Source: Methanocaldococcus indicus
Lineage (GTDB): Archaea; AGJL01; Methanococci; Methanococcales; Methanocaldococcaceae
Reading direction: 5' to 3'
Length of the DNA stretch: 64,000 bases
Assembly: GCF_049554935.1 (NCBI RefSeq)
Contig: NZ_CP186926.1
Location: 1,120,001 to 1,184,000 of the forward strand
Positions 20,219-30,730 of this stretch are shown in pieces; position 1 is the first letter of the stretch; the number at the start of each line of letters is the position of its first letter. The translations under genes and the position numbers were made by a program. The notes beneath the pieces were generated by a model, which saw nothing but the letters and a program-made list of their open reading frames with translations, made no database searches and had not been told where the DNA came from.

Positions 20219-20413
20219 CTTTGTAATGTTCATTGTTTTATTATTTAGTGCAGATACTACATTATTAACTGATTCATCAACTTGTTTCCAAGTATCTCTA
20301 ACTTCCTTTATATAGAAGTATGCTGCAATTGTAGAAACTACTACTGCTGCTAAAATTAATATTGCTAACTCCATAGAAATCTGTCCTCTTTCAGAATATA
20401 CTTTATTTATCAC
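20192..20413 (-). CDS. Class III signal peptide (type IV pilin-like) small protein
   Basis: RG/QISMELAILILAAVVV: prepilin cleavage site with Q+1 and E+5 followed by a hydrophobic helix. Confidence 0.85.
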   Translation of the reverse strand: MINKVYSERGQISMELAILILAAVVVSTIAAYFYIKEVRDTWKQVDESVNNVVSALNNKTMNITKKIQDNILK

Positions 20414-20504
20414 GTAAATCCTAACCTCTTAGAATTTTGTTACTAAATACTTAACCAACTAAATTATATTGTATACTATATTAATTATTATCCTTTGTGA
20501 GAGT

Positions 20505-21152
20505 ATGGAGATTGGATTAAGTGTATTAGCAGAGAACAAAGTTGGAGTTTTACATAAATTAACTGGAGTAATTGCAAAATTAGGAGGTAATATTTTATAT
20601 ACTCAACAGTTTATAACCTCTGAAAATTATGGATTTATATATATGGAAGTTGAGGATATAGATATAGAGCAATTAAAAAAAGAACTTGATAAATGCAACT
20701 ACATTAAGGAGTATGAGATTCACAATACACTAAAAAAGATATTTGGGAAGAGAATAATTATTATTGGTGGAGGGGCACAAGTTGCAGAAGTGGCTAAGGG
20801 AGCTATAAGTGAAGCAGATAGACATAACATAAGAGGAGAAAGAATAAGTGTAGATACACTACCAATAGTTGGAGAGGAGAATATTGCTGAAGCAGTTGAA
20901 GCTGTTTTAAAACTTCCAAGAGTTGGAATTTTAGTTTTAGCTGGCTCATTAATGGGAGGAAAAATAACAGAAGCTGTTAGAAAAGTAAAAAGTAAGGGAA
21001 TTCCAATAATTAGCTTAAAAATGTTTGGTTCTGTCCCAAAAGAAGCTGATTTAGTTGTTGGAGACCCAATTCAGGCAGGCGTTTTGGCAGCTATGGCAAT
21101 AGCTAAAACAGCTAAATTTGATATAAATAAAGTTAGAGGGAAAGTTTTATAA
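20505..21152 (+). CDS. ACT domain + DUF5612-like protein
   Basis: N-terminal ACT (ENKVGVL..LT..IA..GGNI), GGGAQVA..A.GA..EADRHN.RGERISVDT. Confidence 0.85.
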   Translation: MEIGLSVLAENKVGVLHKLTGVIAKLGGNILYTQQFITSENYGFIYMEVEDIDIEQLKKELDKCNYIKEYEIHNTLKKIFGKRIIIIGGGAQVAEVAKGAISEADRHNIRGERISVDTLPIVGEENIAEAVEAVLKLPRVGILVLAGSLMGGKITEAVRKVKSKGIPIISLKMFGSVPKEADLVVGDPIQAGVLAAMAIAKTAKFDINKVRGKVL

Positions 21153-21345
21153 ATTTATAAATTATAAATTTATAAAAGTTATACTCTTAGTTCTAACTAT
21201 TAAAATACAGCTGAGATTTTAATATGAGAACATTAGTTAATGTCCTAATAGAATAGTATTTAAATAATAAATAACTAATAACTAATCTATCATTAATTGT
21301 AATGAAAAAATCTCAATGTATATTTTAGCTTGTTATGGGATTTGT

Positions 21346-21870
21346 ATGGTAGATGTTCCTGTTGAAGTGGCAATGAATAAACCAATGTTTGTAAAATATA
21401 ATAAGCCAATTGATGAATTAATCAACCTAATGGTAAAAAATTTAAAAAATTTTGCTATTTTATTGGATGAAAACAATAATCCTGTTGGTATTGTTACTGT
21501 AACTGATATTATAAGGTATCTTATATTAGAAAAAGGAGATAGAAAAGCACCTGCTTATACTATTGCTACTAAAAAATTAATAACAATAACTCCAGATACT
21601 TCAATAGAAAAAGCTTTAGAAATAATGAAAAAACATAAAATTTCAAAGTTACCAATAGTTAAGGATGGGAAAATAATAGGAATAGTTACAGAGAATGAGC
21701 TTATAGAAATTTTACCATACATATTAGATTCTCTAAAAGAGCTTGTAGATTATCTAAATGATATTATATCAGAAGAGTTAAAAGAAGAAGATTCTAAAGA
21801 CAAAAGTCATCTCCAAAAAGATGAAAGCAATAAACAAATATCATCAAAAATAACTGTTAAAAATAAATAA
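21346..21870 (+). CDS. CBS domain pair protein
   Basis: PVGIVT..D and LPIV..GKIIGIVTE.E CBS repeats; start could be 21316. Confidence 0.85.
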   Translation: MVDVPVEVAMNKPMFVKYNKPIDELINLMVKNLKNFAILLDENNNPVGIVTVTDIIRYLILEKGDRKAPAYTIATKKLITITPDTSIEKALEIMKKHKISKLPIVKDGKIIGIVTENELIEILPYILDSLKELVDYLNDIISEELKEEDSKDKSHLQKDESNKQISSKITVKNK

Positions 21871-21884
21871 TTTTTAAATTAAAT

Positions 21885-22280
21885 TTACTCAATAATTTCA
21901 ATTGCTTTAAATGGACATGCTTTTAAGCAATTTTTACAACCTACACATTTCTCATAATCAAATTCAACACTAAAATCTTCTTTGAAATATATTAAATCAA
22001 ATGGACATTGGGTTATACAAGCTCCACAATGAACACATTTCTCTAAGTCTCTTTTAATAACATTTTTTATTTCTTCTAACTCACCATATTTAGATAAATA
22101 TTCTAAAGCTTTTTTTATAGTTTCTTCATCTCCAATAATTTCTAAAATTAAAAATGCTTCTTGAGGTTCAACTTTTGCCTTTAAAATATTTATTTTAGCT
22201 CCTGTCTCCAATATAGTCTCTGCAATAACTGGCCTACTTATATATTTTGAATCTGTCCAGTAGTATATTCTCTTTTTCAT
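21885..22280 (-). CDS. NIL domain/2x[4Fe-4S] ferredoxin, homocysteine biosynthesis partner (MJ0099-like)
   Basis: CVHCGACITQCP and CVGCKNCLKACP; directly downstream of DUF39-CBS. Confidence 0.88.
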   Translation of the reverse strand: MKKRIYYWTDSKYISRPVIAETILETGAKINILKAKVEPQEAFLILEIIGDEETIKKALEYLSKYGELEEIKNVIKRDLEKCVHCGACITQCPFDLIYFKEDFSVEFDYEKCVGCKNCLKACPFKAIEIIE

Positions 22281-22283
22281 ATC

Positions 22284-23801
22284 TTATCTACCTATTAATC
22301 TTGATAAATCTTCTGATGTAACTATACCAACAACTCTGTTATTTTTATCTACAACTGGAATTCCAGATATTGAGTATTTTTCCATCTTTTTAGCTACTAT
22401 CTCAACTGGGTCTGTTTCTTTGGCAGTTATTACATTTATAGTCATTATTTCATCAATTGACTTCTTACCCAATGCTATGGCCTTAGCTATATCCCAAGAT
22501 GTAACAATTCCTAATAAAATACCATTTTCATCTACAATAGGAAGATGGTTAATATCATATTTCATTAATATTCTTGAAGCTTCTTCAATAGATATATGTG
22601 GTTTAGCAGTTATAGCTGGTTTTGTCATTATATCTCTAACTAAGATAACATCAGATTTCATTGGCTTACATTCTCCCTTTCCTAATGGTGCTACTCTTTC
22701 AGTTAATAAAAACTTTCCTTCCAATATCCATTTTTTTAATTCTTCTGCTACTTCTTTGGCTTTTTTATAGCTTGAAACTGAACCAGTTTTTATCTCTTTA
22801 AGAACTTTTTTGTTATCTATCTCTACCTCTAAACAAATCTTTCCACTTCTTAAATCTTTATATGTTGTTTTTCCAATTAATGGTCTTTCTCTTCTTGGAA
22901 CTCCATAGTCATATATAGGAACTTCAATATCCTCATCCCTTATAGCACATCTTTTGGCTATTTCTTCATTTAGAACAGGAATTGGAATCCCTAAACCAAT
23001 ATACAATGTTGGTCCATACATAGGCATTGTAGCTGCTCTTAAAAATTTATCACTTATCTCTTTTAAATTACCTTTAACCATTAAAGTTCCAAATGGAGGA
23101 TTATGTTGTGTTCCTTCTCCAACTATATACCCTACTCCTCCACCCAAGAATATTTTAGTCCCTATTCCTATTGTATTGTAACTGTTAGTTTTTGGATTAT
23201 AGTCATTTTGTAGAGGATTTAATTGTCCAGCTCCTGAGTAGTGTATATTTCCAAATTCAGGTAAGAGAACTCCCATATAAGTATAAATCTTCTCTTCTCT
23301 ACTGTTTGTAGCAGCAGCATAGGTTTGGTAGCAGTTCCTTGGATTTAACATAATTGCCTGATTTACATCATCTAAGGTAATTCTGATATTTATCTCCTTT
23401 CTTGGATAACAGTCAGTTGTATATCCTTCTGCATATAGCTCTATTTCTTTTCCTCTTACCAAATCTTCTATTACATGAGCTCCTCCATAATCTATATCAA
23501 TATCAGGGTCTTCATTTGGTTGAGCAGCTCCAATATATGTATCTACTGCTGCTAATCCACCATAAGCTAAAACATTATTTAGATAGATATTTAGCATTTT
23601 AATTGGAGGGTCTGCATGCCCAAAATTAAGAAAAACCCCTGATGAGCACATAGCTCCAAATGTTCCAGTGGTAACTACATCTACATACTCAGCTGCTTTT
23701 TTTGCCCCTTCTTCTTCAACAATTTTAATCATTTCCTCAGCAGTAACAACAACAGCCTCTCCTTTCTTAATTTTTTCATTTATTTGTTTTATTGTTTTCA
23801 T
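22284..23801 (-). CDS. L-aspartate semialdehyde sulfurtransferase (DUF39-CBS, MJ0100-like)
   Basis: VDVVTTGTFGAMCSSG, TDCYPR, two C-terminal CBS domains. Confidence 0.92.
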   Translation of the reverse strand: MKTIKQINEKIKKGEAVVVTAEEMIKIVEEEGAKKAAEYVDVVTTGTFGAMCSSGVFLNFGHADPPIKMLNIYLNNVLAYGGLAAVDTYIGAAQPNEDPDIDIDYGGAHVIEDLVRGKEIELYAEGYTTDCYPRKEINIRITLDDVNQAIMLNPRNCYQTYAAATNSREEKIYTYMGVLLPEFGNIHYSGAGQLNPLQNDYNPKTNSYNTIGIGTKIFLGGGVGYIVGEGTQHNPPFGTLMVKGNLKEISDKFLRAATMPMYGPTLYIGLGIPIPVLNEEIAKRCAIRDEDIEVPIYDYGVPRRERPLIGKTTYKDLRSGKICLEVEIDNKKVLKEIKTGSVSSYKKAKEVAEELKKWILEGKFLLTERVAPLGKGECKPMKSDVILVRDIMTKPAITAKPHISIEEASRILMKYDINHLPIVDENGILLGIVTSWDIAKAIALGKKSIDEIMTINVITAKETDPVEIVAKKMEKYSISGIPVVDKNNRVVGIVTSEDLSRLIGR

Positions 23802-23984
23802 AAAAAAATCCCTTTTCTTTTTTTGGTAAATTTATGTTTTGTTTTAAAAGTAATATTTAAAAGCTACTACTATTTAATTTGAATATATGGATATAAAATA
23901 GAACAAACTTGAATTTTATAATTAAGATTGTAAGCACAAAATAATTTTAGTCCTCTAAGTGATACGATTTTAACAATAAAAAAG

Positions 23985-24748
23985 ATTTCCATACCAAGGC
24001 GGTCTTATTTTAACAGTTATGAAAAAATATAATTTCAAAGTATGATATGAGATTTCCATACCGGGACGGTCTTATTTTAACATAAGTACGTGTTTGACTA
24101 TTGGGGAATTTGGCATAAATTTCCATACCGGGACGGTCTTATTTTAACTTTATACTTATTCCACAATTGGCTTATTTTTCTTTGATTTCCATACCGGGAC
24201 GGTCTTATTTTAACTGAATATCAACTATTTTTCCATTCAAATTCTCATAATCAATTTCCATACCGGGACGGTCTTATTTTAACTTTATGGAGAATGTATT
24301 CAATTGGTTGCACAAGCTTATTTCCATACCGGGACGGTCTTATTTTAACTGTAAATGAGTATGTTTTAAGCATATTGTTTTCAAATATTTCCATACCGGG
24401 ACGGTCTTATTTTAACTTGATATGTTCATATAAAAGCTCTTTATGCTCTTGAACAATTTCCATACCGGGACGGTCTTATTTTAACATAAGTATAATCAGT
24501 GTCAGTGTCATAATTAGTTCCGTCATTTCCATACCGGGACGGTCTTATTTTAACATAATGAAAAAAGTGAAGCTGAAAATAATGAAGCTAATTTCCATAC
24601 CGGGACGGTCTTATTTTAACGTTAATAAGTCAGAGGAAATTAAGCCAATTATATTTCCATACCGGGACGGTCTTATTTTAACTTAACTGCTTTATTGATT
24701 TCAAAATACACCAATTTAATTTCCATACCGGGACGGTCTTATTTTAAC
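23985..24748 (-). CRISPR. CRISPR array, 12 repeats of 30 bp and 11 spacers of 32-39 bp
   Basis: Repeat atttccataccgggacggtcttattttaac (minus strand GTTAAAATAAGACCGTCCCGGTATGGAAAT) starting at 23985, 24052, 24119, 24185, 24254, 24320, 24387, 24456, 24525, 24591, 24653 and 24719; leftmost copy is degenerate (ccaaggcgg). Confidence 0.98.
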
Positions 24749-25100
24749 AGGAGGCACATTTTATACGTAATAATATAGCAACGTTCTCATATATAAGCTT
24801 TTTGGTACTAAAATTTTCGAAGGGTGGGTTTCCCTATTTATTTATATACCTTTGAACTTTTATAAAAATCTTTCTATTCCATATTTTTCAATTAAAAATT
24901 TTTTATATCTAAAAACTAAACCAATTTATCAGGGATTTTCAAATATTAAAGGAAACAACTTAAAACTCTAAAAAATCTCAATAAATTATATAATCTAAAT
25001 ATATAAAATATTAAAAATACAGACCCCCTCTGTATTTCCCCAAAAATCATTTAAATTAAAAATAAACAACTAAAATCCAATAAAATCAAAAAATAAAAAT
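24749..25100 (-). promoter_or_regulatory. Probable CRISPR leader
   Basis: AT-rich, ORF-free stretch on the side opposite the degenerate repeat; TATA-like ttatatat on the minus strand near 24790; extent approximate. Confidence 0.7.
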
Positions 25101-25248
25101 TTTTAGCGTGATAATTGTTATCTGAATATATGGAAGTATATGCATTACCAACCAAAATATTTAAATAATAGTATTATTTATATAGTAAAGTTAGTTATTA
25201 AGTTAAACATCAAAATAAAAAAATAACATAAAATTTGGAGGGATAGTT

Positions 25249-25530
25249 ATGGAGTTGGATTATGAAAAATTTGAAAGAGCAGCAGAAATCTTTAAAGCAT
25301 TTGGAGACCCAACAAGATTAATGATTTTAAAGTTATTAGCAGATAATGGTAGTATGTGTGTTTGTAAAATAATAGAAGAGTTAAAAAAACCACAACCAAC
25401 AATTTCACATCACTTAAACATCTTAAAAAAAGCTGGAATTGTTAAAGCAAGAAAAGAAGGAACTTGGAACTACTACTACATAGTTAATGACAAAGTTAAA
25501 GAAATCATAAAATTAGTTGATGAATTATAG
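25249..25530 (+). CDS. ArsR/SmtB family transcriptional regulator
   Basis: FKAFGDPTRL.IL, CVC, QPTISHHL..LK.AG.V..RKEG. Confidence 0.93.
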   Translation: MELDYEKFERAAEIFKAFGDPTRLMILKLLADNGSMCVCKIIEELKKPQPTISHHLNILKKAGIVKARKEGTWNYYYIVNDKVKEIIKLVDEL

Positions 25531-25542
25531 ATAAAAATTTTT

Positions 25543-26403
25543 TTATTTTTTCAGCCCCGGGAAACCGCGGGGAACGAGCACTCCGGCGCGAGGAGTTCCC
25601 TTTGCTCCCCCGGGGCACATCTCCAATATACTCCTTGATAATCCTGTTTTTATAACATTTAAAAAGTAGTTGTTAAACCAGTAGTTTTTAAACTTTTTAA
25701 GAATATACTCACTATAATTATAATCTACATCTACTTTTGCCTCAATTAATATTAATCCTTCTGGAACTGCTGGAGGAGGACTTTCTTTATAGTTGTTAGA
25801 TAAGAGATTATCTATCCAACTTATAGGTTTTTCTTTTAAAGAAACTAAATTTAATGCTGAAACTATTTTCCTAACCATTTGCCATAAAAAGCTTTCTCCA
25901 ATAATATCAATAGTAATAAAAAATTCATTCTCTTTAATATCTATTTTGTATATTGTCCTTATAGGTGATTTTTCTTTACTTTTATCTTTCTTACAAAAGT
26001 TGTGAAAAGATTTAGTCCCTACTAATTTTTTAGCTCCTACTTTCATTAATTCAATATCTTGTCCAATTTTTGGTAAGATATATCTATAATGTCTATATTC
26101 AACTTTTGGTATTTCTTCTATTTCTTTATATCCCAATATCCAAATTCCAAAATTATTTAGTTTATAGTTGATATACTTTATAGTGTTTTCATTTATTTCT
26201 ATTTCATTATTAATATCTAAAACTACAAAATTACCCAGAGCAGATACTCCTTTATCAGTCCTACCTCCTGAATATACAATTTTTTTAGTTTTTAGTAGGT
26301 TAAGGTCTTCAAAAGTATCTAATATCTTATCACAAACTGTCTCCTTATGTGGTTGTTGTTGAAATGAATACCTCCCATCATAAGCAACTTTAAAGATATA
26401 CAT
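25543..26403 (-). CDS. truA: tRNA pseudouridine(38-40) synthase
   Basis: KVAYDG, GRTDKGVSA catalytic motif, FHNF, SFLWQMVR. Confidence 0.93.
   Translation of the reverse strand: MYIFKVAYDGRYSFQQQPHKETVCDKILDTFEDLNLLKTKKIVYSGGRTDKGVSALGNFVVLDINNEIEINENTIKYINYKLNNFGIWILGYKEIEEIPKVEYRHYRYILPKIGQDIELMKVGAKKLVGTKSFHNFCKKDKSKEKSPIRTIYKIDIKENEFFITIDIIGESFLWQMVRKIVSALNLVSLKEKPISWIDNLLSNNYKESPPPAVPEGLILIEAKVDVDYNYSEYILKKFKNYWFNNYFLNVIKTGLSRSILEMCPGGAKGTPRAGVLVPRGFPGLKK
25554..25622 (+). ncRNA. Single-hairpin box H/ACA guide sRNA (Pf9-like, predicted 16S rRNA target)
   Basis: GC-rich patch: lower stem GCCCCGGG/CCCGGGGC, pocket AAACCG(C) / UGCUCC, upper stem GGGAAC/GUUCCC, GA-containing K-turn-like apex, ACA 3 nt from the 3' end. 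Confidence 0.8.
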
Positions 26404-26409
26404 CTAATA

Positions 26410-27033
26410 TCAACCAAATGACTTAGCTATATTGTATGTTACAAAACCTTCAACTATTCCAGCTATTAAAAATAAAATAATTGAAAATAATAGGAGTTTA
26501 ATAGATTCTTTTAGATAATAGCTATTTCTATTAATAATAAACTGGATAACTCCATAATATAATAATATTCCTGCTGATACAGATAGTATTAAAGCTGGAA
26601 TTTCTATAACTCCATGAGGTAAAATTAGATAAATAAATGTCTTTTCTCCAAATTTGTAGAGAACATAAGAAAGTAAATAAGTATTTACAAGTAAGACAAA
26701 TAATGAAAAGAAACCTATTATATAGTTCATTAAACAAACTCTTAAATTATTTTTCCAGATAATAGATACAATTTCAAAGTTGTTCATATCCTTAGAAAAT
26801 CCTAAGTTTTTAACTTGTAGTTTAAAATTGTTAAATAATAAATCCCCAAAGTATGTGAATTTTGGAACAAATTCAATTAAAATATATGAAACAATAAAAC
26901 TTAAAATAAAAAATATAGAAACTCCTAAAATAACATTTTTATTTTTATAAACACTCCTAATAATTTCCCTAAAACTAAAAATTTCTTTTATAGTGTCAAT
27001 AATTTTCATTAAATTATATGCTTCATCTATCAT
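26410..27033 (-). CDS. SpoIIM/DUF95 family membrane protein
   Basis: I..NN, ILPHGVIEIPA, A..VEG. Confidence 0.88.
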   Translation of the reverse strand: MIDEAYNLMKIIDTIKEIFSFREIIRSVYKNKNVILGVSIFFILSFIVSYILIEFVPKFTYFGDLLFNNFKLQVKNLGFSKDMNNFEIVSIIWKNNLRVCLMNYIIGFFSLFVLLVNTYLLSYVLYKFGEKTFIYLILPHGVIEIPALILSVSAGILLYYGVIQFIINRNSYYLKESIKLLLFSIILFLIAGIVEGFVTYNIAKSFG

Positions 27034-27036
27034 TGT

Positions 27037-28245
27037 TTATCTACCAAGTTCTTGGTGTGCCTTACCTAAATGATGTGATGCCAAAGCCCCTAATAAAGAA
27101 AGTTCTCCAGCTAAAACAGCAGCTCCAACAATTTCAGCAAATTTTTTAACTTTATTATCTCCATAACATCCCATTATTTCTAAACACTCTCTTTGTGTTT
27201 CTACTCTTGTCCCTCCACCTATAGTAGCTAATGGTAAATCTGGTAGAGTTACTGAAAAATATAATCCATCTTCATCTACTTCTGCAATAGTTATACCTAA
27301 ACTGCCTTCTACTATATGAGCCTCATCTTGTCCAGTAGCTAAGAATATAGCCCCAACTATATTGGCATAGTGTGCATTAAACCCTAAACTATTACTTATA
27401 GCTGAACCTATATAATTTTTTAATCTATTTACTTCTGCTATTCTTTCAGGAGTTGTTTTTAAATATCTTTCTACTTCTTCTCTATTTAAAAAAACTTCTG
27501 CTACTACACTCTTACCTCTTCCCTCTATTATATTTATTCCAGCAGGTTTTTTATCTACACAGGCATTACCACTTACAGCTATCAACTCTATATCTATACC
27601 TTCTTTCCTTAATTCTTCAACAATAAAATTAGATGCCTCTTCTGTGGCAATAGTGGCCATATTCATTCCCATAGCATCTCCAGTAGTATAGCAAAATCTT
27701 GGATATATATATCTTCCAGCTATTAAAATAGGTTGAATTTTTATAAGTTTTCCATGTCTTGTTGTAGATTCAGCAACTTCCTTAATTCTATCAAAATTTT
27801 TTATAATCCATTCTTTAACTTTTATACAATCAACAACACTCTTTGTTTTAAAGCATGGTGCTCTTGTCATTTTATCTTCCAATATTCTTACAGTTGCCCC
27901 TCCACATTTTGTAATTATTGAGCAGCCTCTATTAACTGATGCTACTAATGCTCCCTCAGTTGTTGCTAATGGTATAAAAAATTCTCCTTTTGCATATTCA
28001 CCATTAACTTTTAATGGTCCAGCAAAACCAAGAGGAATCTGAATAGCTCCAATCATATTCTCTATATTCTTTTTAATAGCAAGTTCCTCATCAATTGAAT
28101 AGTGTTTTATATGCTCTAACTTTGTATTAGTTTTTATTTCTAAATATTTCCTTCTCAATTCAGTTGCTTTTTTATATCCAACCAGTTTATCTAACTGATA
28201 TGGCTTTATTTCTTTATTTAAAAGTTTTTTTAACATTTCATCCAT
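27037..28245 (-). CDS. hmgA: HMG-CoA reductase (NADPH, class I)
   Basis: ENMIG, PLATTEGALVAS, DAMGMNM, GQDEAH, GELSL. Confidence 0.97.
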   Translation of the reverse strand: MDEMLKKLLNKEIKPYQLDKLVGYKKATELRRKYLEIKTNTKLEHIKHYSIDEELAIKKNIENMIGAIQIPLGFAGPLKVNGEYAKGEFFIPLATTEGALVASVNRGCSIITKCGGATVRILEDKMTRAPCFKTKSVVDCIKVKEWIIKNFDRIKEVAESTTRHGKLIKIQPILIAGRYIYPRFCYTTGDAMGMNMATIATEEASNFIVEELRKEGIDIELIAVSGNACVDKKPAGINIIEGRGKSVVAEVFLNREEVERYLKTTPERIAEVNRLKNYIGSAISNSLGFNAHYANIVGAIFLATGQDEAHIVEGSLGITIAEVDEDGLYFSVTLPDLPLATIGGGTRVETQRECLEIMGCYGDNKVKKFAEIVGAAVLAGELSLLGALASHHLGKAHQELGR

Positions 28246-28251
28246 AAACTT

Positions 28252-29301
28252 TCACCTTAAAGCATACTCTAAAATCTCTCCAAATCTTGATTTTACCACT
28301 TCTCTTTTACCTAAAACTTTTGCATGTGCATCTAACTCAACAATTGCATAGTCATAAATCTCTTTTATTGGATAGTATGTCCTTGGTCCATCTGAAACAG
28401 CTATTTTTATAATACTACTATCTAACTCCTCAACTGGCAAAGCATGAGGAATTCCTGCAACTACAACAGCAGAAATATCTAATTTTTTTAAAATTTTGAT
28501 AGCATTCTCTCCTGTTATTGCATACTCATCTAATCCACCAATTATATAATCTGGCTTGAAAAATTTTAATATGTTTTTAGCATCATTCCTAACCTTTGGT
28601 AGTCCTTTATTTATATCTAAGTTTCCTAAATTTATACATTTAAAATATTTATTTAGGACAATTAAAGGATGAGCAAATAAATAAGAAGTTTCTTTTTTAG
28701 CATTTAAAACACATGCTATTTTTTTATCTTCTTCTTTTAACTCTTTTAAAACTTTAATAACTTCATCTAAATCATCTTCATAGCAAGGTTTAAGGTATCT
28801 ACTTTTAGCCATTCCTCTACTCTTTTCAAGTTCTGTAGCTTTCTCTAAAAGATACTTCTGCCTATTGAATTCCTCTTCATCAATTAATCCAATTTTTAGA
28901 GCTGATTCCATTGCTTTTATAGCTCCAATTGTATTATCTTCATAACCTCCATAAACCTCTACAGGAATTATTGTTGCCTCTTTATACTCATCAGCAATGC
29001 TCCATAAATCTTCTCCTATAATCATACTTGCACAAGTTCCAACTATTCCAATTAATGGATTTTCTTTTTTTAAGTAGTTGATAGCATAATCTAATGCATT
29101 TTTTAAGTTTTCATAAGCTCCAAAGACAACAGAATTCTCTGAAATTGAAGAAGTGAATACTCTTACACCATCTAACTCTAACAATCTTGCTGTCCTAAAA
29201 CAACATCCAGATGGTCCATGTATAATTATAGCATCTACTCCTAAATCTCTAAGCTGATACATTGCTCCTGCTATTGGAGAAGGCCTTGGATGAAAAATCA
29301 T
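28252..29301 (-). CDS. cfbD: Ni-sirohydrochlorin a,c-diamide reductive cyclase catalytic subunit (coenzyme F430)
   Basis: HPRP.PI..A.Y.LRD, HGPSGCCF, GTCASMIIGED; NifD-like. Confidence 0.9.
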   Translation of the reverse strand: MIFHPRPSPIAGAMYQLRDLGVDAIIIHGPSGCCFRTARLLELDGVRVFTSSISENSVVFGAYENLKNALDYAINYLKKENPLIGIVGTCASMIIGEDLWSIADEYKEATIIPVEVYGGYEDNTIGAIKAMESALKIGLIDEEEFNRQKYLLEKATELEKSRGMAKSRYLKPCYEDDLDEVIKVLKELKEEDKKIACVLNAKKETSYLFAHPLIVLNKYFKCINLGNLDINKGLPKVRNDAKNILKFFKPDYIIGGLDEYAITGENAIKILKKLDISAVVVAGIPHALPVEELDSSIIKIAVSDGPRTYYPIKEIYDYAIVELDAHAKVLGKREVVKSRFGEILEYALR

Positions 29302-29503
29302 AGTTGTATCCTCCAAAAAATTATTGTATAGTTGTAAAAGTAAATAATTGTTATTAAAAAATATATACTACCAGATATTTCCAGAAAGATATTATTTAAT
29401 CTATTTGAATAGTTTTAGAATCGTGTTATATTTATATTTGTATATTTTGCATAGTTAAAAACTATTAAAAATAATGCTTTAATTAATACATATGGTGATA
29501 ACT

Positions 29504-30730
29504 ATGGGGCAGAAATTAACGAGACATAGTCTAATAATGATATTTTTTAGTTTATTAACAGCATTTTTTAACTATCTCTATCAACTTTTTATGGGAAGAT
29601 TATTAATTCCAGAAGATTACGGAATTTTATTTTCCTTAATAAATATTTTTTATATTTTTAGTGTTTTATCTGCAACGGTTCAAACTACTATTACAAAATA
29701 TACATCACAATTAAATGCAAAAAATCAACTTAATAAAATTTCCTATTTTTGGAGATATGCTTTAAAAAAATCTTTTATATTTGGAATAATAACAACAATT
29801 TTATTTTTTATAGTAACTCCCTTAATTTCTAATTATTTGCATTTATCTTCACCAATACCAGCGTTAATATTATTTTCGTCCCTGTTATTTGCTTATTCCT
29901 TGCCAACAAATCAGGGTATCTTACAAGGATTACAAAGATTTGTTCAATTAGGAATTACTCAGACATTATGGGCATTATTAAAGTTTATATTAGGTGTTTT
30001 ATTAGTTTATCTTGGTTTTAGTGTTAGTGGGGCGTTAGTGCCTTTTTTAGTAGCAAATATAATTATTTTTATTATTTCCTTTTATTTCCTAAAGGATTTA
30101 ATAAAAATAAAACCTGAAACATTTACAATTCCTAATCTTTATAAATATTCAACCTTAACTTTATTAGCATTATTGGCAAATACTACGTCATACTCAATAG
30201 ATACTATATTAGCAAAACACTATTTAACTGATTTTTTAGCGGGGATTTATTCCTCAGTTTCTGTATTAGGAAAAATAATTTTATTTGCTCCAGGAGGTGT
30301 AGCAGTAGTTTTATTTCCAAAAGCATCAGAACTAAAAGAAAAAGGGCTTAATCATTTCAATTTATTTATAAAGGCACTAATATTGACTGTTATATTAACT
30401 TTACCTACATTAATATTATTTAGACTTTTCCCAGAGCTAACTATAAAAATTATATTTGGAGAGAAATATTTAAAAGCAATACCATATTTATTTAAATATA
30501 GTTTAGCAATGTTTTTCTTTGCAATTTCTGGGTTGATTATGAACTATCTCATATCATTGGGGATAACAAGGATATCATACGCTCTAACTTTAACCTTAAT
30601 AATTGAAATCGTTGGAATTACTTTGTTCCATCAAAATATAAATCAAATAGTAAATGTTGTTTTAGTAGTATCAATGTTGTCTGTTATTGTTCAAATTCCA
30701 TTTTTATTAATAGTTAGAGGGAGAATATGA
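29504..30730 (+). CDS. Oligosaccharide flippase (Wzx/MOP family)
   Basis: About 12 hydrophobic segments, R.L.PEDYG, AGIYS, FG.KY. Confidence 0.88.
   Translation: MGQKLTRHSLIMIFFSLLTAFFNYLYQLFMGRLLIPEDYGILFSLINIFYIFSVLSATVQTTITKYTSQLNAKNQLNKISYFWRYALKKSFIFGIITTILFFIVTPLISNYLHLSSPIPALILFSSLLFAYSLPTNQGILQGLQRFVQLGITQTLWALLKFILGVLLVYLGFSVSGALVPFLVANIIIFIISFYFLKDLIKIKPETFTIPNLYKYSTLTLLALLANTTSYSIDTILAKHYLTDFLAGIYSSVSVLGKIILFAPGGVAVVLFPKASELKEKGLNHFNLFIKALILTVILTLPTLILFRLFPELTIKIIFGEKYLKAIPYLFKYSLAMFFFAISGLIMNYLISLGITRISYALTLTLIIEIVGITLFHQNINQIVNVVLVVSMLSVIVQIPFLLIVRGRI

Noticed and set aside
23945-23984. Additional 13th CRISPR repeat (gattttaac at ~23966-23974)
   Set aside because: Only ~8 bp match and the spacing is too short for a spacer
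25554-25622. tRNA, SECIS element or simple terminator
   Set aside because: No cloverleaf; not downstream of a selenoprotein gene; the ACA box and rRNA-complementary pocket fit H/ACA better
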